DNA from: Planctopirus limnophila DSM 3776
GTDB lineage: Bacteria > Planctomycetota > Planctomycetia > Planctomycetales > Planctomycetaceae
Reading direction: 5' to 3'
Assembly: GCF_000092105.1 (NCBI RefSeq)
Contig: NC_014148.1
Span: 3,330,001-3,362,000 of the forward strand
DNA length: 32,000 nt
The position numbers were made by a program, and so were the translations under genes. Positions 26,561 through 32,000 of the stretch are shown here, in pieces (within the stretch, counting starts at the first letter, position 1; every line of letters begins with the position of its first letter). Below the pieces are notes generated by a model, which searched no databases, was not told the DNA's origin, and was given only the letters and a program-made list of their open reading frames with translations.

Positions 26561-27535
26561 TCAGCGGCCCGGTTCAGATCGCCCAACCTGTGAAGCCTCC
26601 ACGAGCTGCTCGACATACTCGATCAAGCGTGTTGCGACGGGAATTCCTGTTGCAGCTTGAAATCCCTTCCAGCCGGGAACTCCATTCACTTCCAGCAGCA
26701 GCCATTGACCATCCGGACGTCGTACCAGATCGACACCTGCGAACACAGTCCCTACAGTTTTTGCAGCAGCGACCGCCAGGCTGGCTGTTTCATCATCGAG
26801 TTCTGTACGCATCGATTGGCCTCCCAGCGAGAGATTCGTGCGGAAATCTTCTTGAGACTTGCGTTCAATCGCCCCTAGAGGCGCACCATTGAGCACCAGC
26901 ACTCGCAGGTCGCGACCACCATGATCAATATACTCTTGCAGGTAAAGCACGGCTCCCGTTCGCACCAGAGTTTGTGCCACTCTCCAGAGCAATTCCGGCT
27001 CTTCGATACGAAAAATCCCTCGCCCTTCAGACCCAAACAGTGGCTTGAGCACCACATTTCGCCCGAGCTTCTCAAAGGCTTGCAATGCTTCCTGTGCTGT
27101 CTCGCAAACAAATGTGGCCGGCACCGGCAGCCCGGCATGAGCGAGGCGAGCCGTGGTGAGAAACTTATCAATCGCACATTCCAGCGACCTGGGTGAATTG
27201 ATGATCGGCAGACCTTTCTGCTCGGCCAACGCCAGCAGATTCATCCGCGTTACCACCTGCTCCAGCGAACCGCCGGGCATAGACCTGACAATCAACGCAT
27301 CCAATCCGTCCAGTTCAAAATGAGGTGTTGCCTCTTTTGATGGGGTCAGAAATGTCTGCCCTGTGATCTCAATAGGACGATCTGCTGATCGAGTTCCTGA
27401 TCCGCAGCTTGCTGCCAGTTCAGAAAACTCCAGCGGAACGACCATATGGCCACGCTCTCTCGCGGCCAGTTCCAACTGCTCCAGCGACCAGTTCCCGGGC
27501 TGTGACAGCACACCCATCTTCAAGATGGCTGTCAT
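26561..27535 (-). CDS. RimK-type ATP-grasp ligase (MptN/Orf5-like, associated with H4MPT genes)
   Basis: ATP-grasp blocks VVLKPLFGSEGRGIFRI, YLQEYIDHGGRDLRVLVLNG and AGVDLVRRPDGQWLLLEVNGVPGWKG. Its ATG overlaps the mch stop (ATGA at 27535-27532). Confidence 0.85.
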   Translation of the reverse strand: MTAILKMGVLSQPGNWSLEQLELAARERGHMVVPLEFSELAASCGSGTRSADRPIEITGQTFLTPSKEATPHFELDGLDALIVRSMPGGSLEQVVTRMNLLALAEQKGLPIINSPRSLECAIDKFLTTARLAHAGLPVPATFVCETAQEALQAFEKLGRNVVLKPLFGSEGRGIFRIEEPELLWRVAQTLVRTGAVLYLQEYIDHGGRDLRVLVLNGAPLGAIERKSQEDFRTNLSLGGQSMRTELDDETASLAVAAAKTVGTVFAGVDLVRRPDGQWLLLEVNGVPGWKGFQAATGIPVATRLIEYVEQLVEASQVGRSEPGR

Positions 27536-28491
27536 TCCGCAACCAGACCAAACGACTTAAGCACCAGAGGCACATGAGGCTCGCCCGCCACATGCACTCG
27601 ACCGGTATCGACGTTCTGCACAATCACCTGGGCGGGGCTGAACAACAGCTTGTCAATTTTGTAGAAGTCGCGTCCGGCAGCTTCGAAGATCTCCAGGAAA
27701 GTTTTTCCAAAGACCGACGAAGATTTCGATGGAACCTGGGGCAGAATCTCGGCAATCGATGCGTCATCTCCGGTCATCAGCAGAGTGACCGTCGAGCCGT
27801 AGAGAATCGCATCGTTGGTTCGACCGATGCCCTGCAAATCATTCGCGGCAACAGGTGGCAAAGGTGCTGAACCAAAGCCACTGCGAATTCGATGCACGTC
27901 AAATCCCAACTCCAGCAGTTTGTGCATCGCCGTTTCGACAGAACGGGCCGCCACTTGATAGTTCCCCGCAACGGATGACGTCGGTGCAATCAACAGTGTG
28001 ATATCAGCCGGCTCAACCCCCGTTTTCGCTGAGATTTCCTCAAATATCGATTCGGGTGGGAGCATGGCTGTTTCCAGAATCCCTACCACATGGTCGGCTT
28101 CTTCCTTGTACCACAGCTTATCGAACAATGGTTCGACACCAGCCGCCGCTCGCATGGGGCCGCTCCCCATCGCATGAAACTTGCCACTCGAAAGCTGCCA
28201 CCCTGCATACTGGCTATAAAGGCAGGCTGCCACCGGGTAATCGGTCTCCACGACCACATGGGGCCACTGCCACTTGCCTAAAAGCTGCGGCTGCAGATTG
28301 ACTGTCGCCAGGCCCGCCATGCAGACGGTCGAAAGCACCTGACCTGCTTCAAGTGAACCTTCCGCCTCAACTCCAAAATCGAGCAGCAAACCTGTTCCAG
28401 CCGATTCATGGGCAATAATCCGGAAATGATCCGGCGACTCAACGACTTCTTCAATAATCGAGAGAGACAGTTCGTTGAGTTCAAGATTCAT
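27532..28491 (-). CDS. mch: Methenyltetrahydromethanopterin cyclohydrolase
   Basis: Full-length similarity to archaeal and methylotroph Mch as I recall them: DFGVEAEGSLEAGQVLSTVCMAGLATV, YAGWQLSSGKFHAMGSGPMRA, LLIAPTSSVAGNYQVAARSVETAMHKL, TNDAILYGSTV and FYKIDKLLFSPAQV. Confidence 0.9.
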   Translation of the reverse strand: MNLELNELSLSIIEEVVESPDHFRIIAHESAGTGLLLDFGVEAEGSLEAGQVLSTVCMAGLATVNLQPQLLGKWQWPHVVVETDYPVAACLYSQYAGWQLSSGKFHAMGSGPMRAAAGVEPLFDKLWYKEEADHVVGILETAMLPPESIFEEISAKTGVEPADITLLIAPTSSVAGNYQVAARSVETAMHKLLELGFDVHRIRSGFGSAPLPPVAANDLQGIGRTNDAILYGSTVTLLMTGDDASIAEILPQVPSKSSSVFGKTFLEIFEAAGRDFYKIDKLLFSPAQVIVQNVDTGRVHVAGEPHVPLVLKSFGLVAE

Positions 28492-28601
28492 GCGGCGTGG
28501 CTTTTTTCGAAGTCAATAATCGATCAAACAATCACTGGTGCTTACCCAGCAAATGAGTGAGTCAACACGAAGATGGCCGAATTGTAAACGATTGAAAGAC
28601 A

Positions 28602-28638
28602 ACTCGCGAGAACCAGCCACCTGCCGATTCTCGCGAGT
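28602..28638. terminator. Hairpin between the BI-1 gene and mch (possible terminator or attenuator)
   Basis: Perfect 11-bp stem ACTCGCGAGAA / TTCTCGCGAGT with a 15-nt loop. The T-rich run (CATGTTTCGTTTCATTTTTCT) is on the plus-strand side. The minus-strand side has only a moderately U-rich tail (UGUCUUUCAAUCGUUU). Confidence 0.4.
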
Positions 28639-28714
28639 CATGTTTCGTTTCATTTTTCTACCGTGTGGGGAATGCAGGGCACATCCACCACAGGAGAAAG
28701 AACATAAGTCGTTT

Positions 28715-29464
28715 CTAGTCTCGACTTTGCAACTTGCTGAGCAGACGCAACATTTCCAGATACAGCCACACCAGAGTCACATTCAGCCCATGGGCAGCGA
28801 GCCACTCATAATTCTTAGGCAAGTTTTGAGAGGCTGCCGTCGCAATAAAGTCAAAGTCCAGAATCAGATTCAAGGCCGCAATGATGACGCAAAAGGCTGT
28901 GAACCCAATCCCCAGGAGCGAAGCGTCATATACGAATGACATCGCCTGAATATTGAACAGGCTTAAAACGAACGCCAGCAGATAGACCAGACCAATTCCT
29001 CCGGTGGCGGCAATTATGCCGGCGCGGAATGTGGCTGTGGCACGAATCAAGCCCACCTTGTAGGCCAGCAGCATCGCGGCAGCCACACCCACGGTGGCGG
29101 CGATCGCCTGTACGCCAATTCCCGGGAAGCGGGCCTCAAAAATTGTGGTGATCCCCCCCAGAAACACACCTTCCAGGAGTGCATAAATGGGTGCTGCCAC
29201 AGGTGCACTGCGGAGCCAGAAACAGACACACAAGCTGGCAATCAGCCCGCCAATTGCACTGCCGATCAAAGATGGCATTAACAGCTGTGGATTGTTCTGC
29301 AGATAGCTGAAGGACAGTAATCCCAGGCTGGCTGTCAAACCAATCAGAACCATCGACTTGTTGACGGCTCCAGAAACAGTCATCACAGAGGACGACGACA
29401 GGCCACCCTCATGAGCCCAGCGATCAAAAGCACTCTCGTTCAGAACTGGATTCCCGGTACGCAT
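28715..29464 (-). CDS. Bax inhibitor-1/YccA family membrane protein
   Basis: MRTGNPVLNESAFD N-terminus, about seven hydrophobic segments and a basic/charged C-terminus (LRLLSKLQSRD), typical of the BI-1/UPF0005 family. Confidence 0.88.
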   Translation of the reverse strand: MRTGNPVLNESAFDRWAHEGGLSSSSVMTVSGAVNKSMVLIGLTASLGLLSFSYLQNNPQLLMPSLIGSAIGGLIASLCVCFWLRSAPVAAPIYALLEGVFLGGITTIFEARFPGIGVQAIAATVGVAAAMLLAYKVGLIRATATFRAGIIAATGGIGLVYLLAFVLSLFNIQAMSFVYDASLLGIGFTAFCVIIAALNLILDFDFIATAASQNLPKNYEWLAAHGLNVTLVWLYLEMLRLLSKLQSRD

Positions 29465-29783
29465 CGTGTACTGACCTTCGAAAAATTGAATTTGCTGTCG
29501 GAAACCGTAGCAGACTGATGAAATCTACCAGATACTAATACGTTCTCGGCCCTCGAATAGATGATCAATGACTCAGTTTTTTGAAATTCTTTGGCTGAAT
29601 GATCCATCCCTAAACACTGATAACAAAGCAGATCGCCAGCTCTTTCCAGGAATCCGCCATCAACCATAACCTCTAATACAGAAATCTGTTACAAGATATC
29701 AGCGTTCATGTCTGACGCCCTCGATGTCGCTTCACCCCGGCATTTTTCGACAATCAAGCCCCCCCGACAAGAACTCTGAACCG

Positions 29784-30761
29784 ATGGCCATTCTGTCAAA
29801 AACGGTCACTGTCGAAAAATATCTGGCAGGAGTCCGTGTCGACAGTTTTTTGGTCAAACACTTTCGCAGCTACACGAGCTGGCGGATTCTCCGCATGGTT
29901 GCCGCTGGCCTGGTTACGATCGATGGGCAAGTCGCTGCCACCACTCAACGTGTGCATCCCGGCCAACAGGTGACCATTCAACTTACAGAGCCACCCGACC
30001 TGTTCGTCCCCCCCGAACCAACTCCGCTCGAAATCCTGTTTGAAGACGACTCCCTGCTCGTCATCAACAAGCCTGCAGGTCTCATTGCTCACCCGACTGG
30101 CGAAATCCCTGATGGTACGCTGATTAACGCTGTCCAGCATTATCTCGACAAACAATCGACTCATCCCGGCCTTGAGCGACCCGGGATTGTCCACAGGCTG
30201 GACCGCGATACCAGCGGTGCCATGGCCATTTGCAAAGAACATCTTTCCCACCGCTTACTCTCGATCCAGTTCCAGCTGGGCCGAATTTCCAAAAGTTATC
30301 TCGCACTCGTCGAAGGTGTCCTCACAGACGATCAACTGGTCATCGACCTTCCGATTGGCAGGGCACCAGGTTGCTCCAGTGCGCTCATGTCTTGCCGGGC
30401 CGATGCTCTCGAAGCCCAGGCCTCGAAAACCTCTCTTCGAGTAGTGGAACGGTTTCCGCAACACACTCTTGTCGAGGCCAAACCCCGCACAGGCCGTATG
30501 CATCAGATTCGTATTCATCTGGCAACCATCGGGTTCCCCATTGTGGGAGACGAGTTCTACCTCAAAGGAGGGGAAATCCGGCCACTCGTCTGGCCAGAAA
30601 GTGAACGCGTGCAGGTCTCTCTTCTCATCAATCGACAAGCCTTACACGCCGCATGCCTTTCCTTCGCCCACCCGCTCACCAACGAGTGGCAAGACTTTCA
30701 AGCTCCCTTGCCCGACGATCTGCGCCAAGCCATCGAACTCGCCCGCCTTGGCCAAACTTGA
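29784..30761 (+). CDS. rluD: RluA-family 23S rRNA pseudouridine synthase with an N-terminal S4 domain (RluD-type)
   Basis: S4-like VRVDSFLVKHF...RILRMVAAGLVTIDGQ. The catalytic HRLDRDTSG motif and RTGRMHQIRIHLA are present. Start preferred at ATG 29784 (MAILSKTVTVEKY) over 29724. Confidence 0.85.
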   Translation: MAILSKTVTVEKYLAGVRVDSFLVKHFRSYTSWRILRMVAAGLVTIDGQVAATTQRVHPGQQVTIQLTEPPDLFVPPEPTPLEILFEDDSLLVINKPAGLIAHPTGEIPDGTLINAVQHYLDKQSTHPGLERPGIVHRLDRDTSGAMAICKEHLSHRLLSIQFQLGRISKSYLALVEGVLTDDQLVIDLPIGRAPGCSSALMSCRADALEAQASKTSLRVVERFPQHTLVEAKPRTGRMHQIRIHLATIGFPIVGDEFYLKGGEIRPLVWPESERVQVSLLINRQALHAACLSFAHPLTNEWQDFQAPLPDDLRQAIELARLGQT

Positions 30762-31279
30762 AAAAGCGGTTCAGCAAAGAACTCCACTCTGTCGGATAGA
30801 AGTTCAAAAAATCATTGAACAACGCCCGACGGCCGACTGAGTTTCGATCACTCGGAAGCTGCTCTTAATGAGCATCAGCAACAAATGCGGCAAACGCCTG
30901 CAATTCCGTTTGCGCCAGCAAGAATATCTGCCAAGTCATCGCTCAACCTGCAAAGATCATCAGGATCTCACGCGAGTAAACTTCAAGTTCAGACTTTCAA
31001 TTTCCAAAGTCCTCGGCTAGGAAAAGATCAGCCAAATCAAGTATGAAATTTTTGCGGAACTTCGAAAAGTCTCTGAACATTTACTTTCTGAGATTTAAAT
31101 TTCAGTCATCAATGAATCTGATCGTCGTGCCAGATACTTCGATGGCCAGCAGGTCAATTCCCTGTTCATGAATGCATTTCGCTCTCAATAAATCGGCCCA
31201 AGACAAAACATTCCCACTCAATCGCATTTAAAGTTCACTCAACATTTTCCACAAATAGCACCCACCCGAAAGACTCGTC

Positions 31280-32000
31280 ATGATTCACGACGATCAACGA
31301 AAGCCATCAAGGCTAATAATTAACCAATCACTAAAACTCACTCGAATTTTAGGCTTCTTGCTGATCCCTTTAATTGCACCGTTATCTTTATCCGCACAGT
31401 TCTCCTACCCACCCGAATTCAAAGAGGCTCGAGTCGAGACCTACCGAAAAACAGGTTCGACAGAATTGAAGCTCTGGATCTTCGGGGAGTCTGATCCTAA
31501 AACTACTAAGCCCGCCATTGTGTTTTTCTTCGGCGGTGGCTGGAATTCCGGATCACCAGCACAATTTGAAAATCAGGCACGGCACTTTGCTAAACGAGGC
31601 ATGATTGCGATTGTGGCCGACTACAGGGTCAAATCCAGACACAATGTGCAAGTTGTTGAATGCGTAAAGGACGCCAAGGCTGCTATCGCCTGGGTTCGAG
31701 AAAACGCCAAGCGATTAGGCGTTGATCCTGACAAGATTGCTGCTTCAGGAGGCTCTGCCGGAGGCCACCTTGCAGCCTCAACCGGCACCATCAGTGGTTT
31801 TGGCAGTGATGAACGTCCCAACGCCATGATTCTCTTCAATCCTGCCTGCACTCTCGCACCCATCGCTGGTTGGCAACCCCCAGGAGCCAGAGCAAAACTC
31901 AGCACTGAACGATTCGGCGTCGAGGCCACAGCCATCTCACCGGCTCATCACGTCGGTCCGCAGACTCCACCAACCTTGATTCTCCATGGCACGAAAGACA
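31280..32000 (+). CDS. Secreted alpha/beta hydrolase (esterase/lipase, fold-3 type), 3' partial
   Basis: Hand translation from ATG 31280 gives MIHDDQRKPSRLIINQSLKLTRILGFLLIPLIAPLSLSAQ... It carries the oxyanion motif VFFFGGGW, the nucleophile elbow ASGGSAGGHLA, and ends ...TLILHGTKD at the window edge. It is not in the ORF track because it is truncated. Confidence 0.8.
   Translation, partial: MIHDDQRKPSRLIINQSLKLTRILGFLLIPLIAPLSLSAQFSYPPEFKEARVETYRKTGSTELKLWIFGESDPKTTKPAIVFFFGGGWNSGSPAQFENQARHFAKRGMIAIVADYRVKSRHNVQVVECVKDAKAAIAWVRENAKRLGVDPDKIAASGGSAGGHLAASTGTISGFGSDERPNAMILFNPACTLAPIAGWQPPGARAKLSTERFGVEATAISPAHHVGPQTPPTLILHGTKD

Noticed and set aside
31097-31222. PIN/VapC-like remnants: plus strand MNLIVVPDTS..., and minus strand ...ADLLRAKCIHEQGIDLLAIEV...
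   Set aside because: The two readings lie on opposite strands of the same DNA, so both cannot be true. The matches are a few residues long, and the conserved acidic residues cannot be placed. They are mentioned only as part of the ORF-free region finding.

Overview
This window looks like a chromosomal segment from a Planctomycetota-type genome. The evidence is a DUF1559/H-X9-DG prepilin-like gene, an H4MPT-pathway mch gene, and lipoproteins with unusually long N-regions. GC content is moderate and coding density is high. I found no rRNA, tRNA, CRISPR array, transposase or integrase. From left to right the window contains: (1) the 5' end of nusA on the minus strand, found by hand because it runs off the window edge; (2) a small hypothetical ORF and a secreted TPR protein; (3) a 116-nt imperfect palindrome followed by a clean bidirectional terminator; (4) a minus-strand fatty-acid/phospholipid cluster, rpmF-plsX-fabD-acpP-fabF, then a glycine-zipper lipoprotein, then a FabF-like paralogue that lacks the catalytic Cys, with no fabH or fabG in the cluster; (5) a fused HyuA/HyuB-type 5-oxoprolinase; (6) a minus-strand run of an SGNH hydrolase, two or three tightly packed small unknown ORFs, a lipoprotein, a beta-carbonic anhydrase and a small four-TM protein; (7) a TrmB-like methyltransferase; (8) a DUF1559 pseudopilin-like gene, a small Ig-like lipoprotein and a DUF4198-like/Kelch propeller fusion, ending in a strong terminator; (9) a secreted EEP-family nuclease/phosphatase; (10) motA and motB, the latter with a His/Ser/Gly-rich tail; (11) an IMPase-family gene, a RimK/MptN-type ATP-grasp ligase and mch, where mch and the ligase are translationally coupled; (12) a BI-1/YccA membrane protein and an RluD-type pseudouridine synthase; (13) a roughly 520-nt AT-richer region with no ORFs; (14) the 5' part of an alpha/beta hydrolase. 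The most interesting items are the Cys-less ketosynthase paralogue, the DUF1559-lipoprotein-DUF4198/Kelch module, the overlapping small-ORF operon at 15.3-16.5 kb, and the IMPase-like gene attached to the H4MPT genes. All functional calls rest on motifs I recognised by eye, not on database searches.
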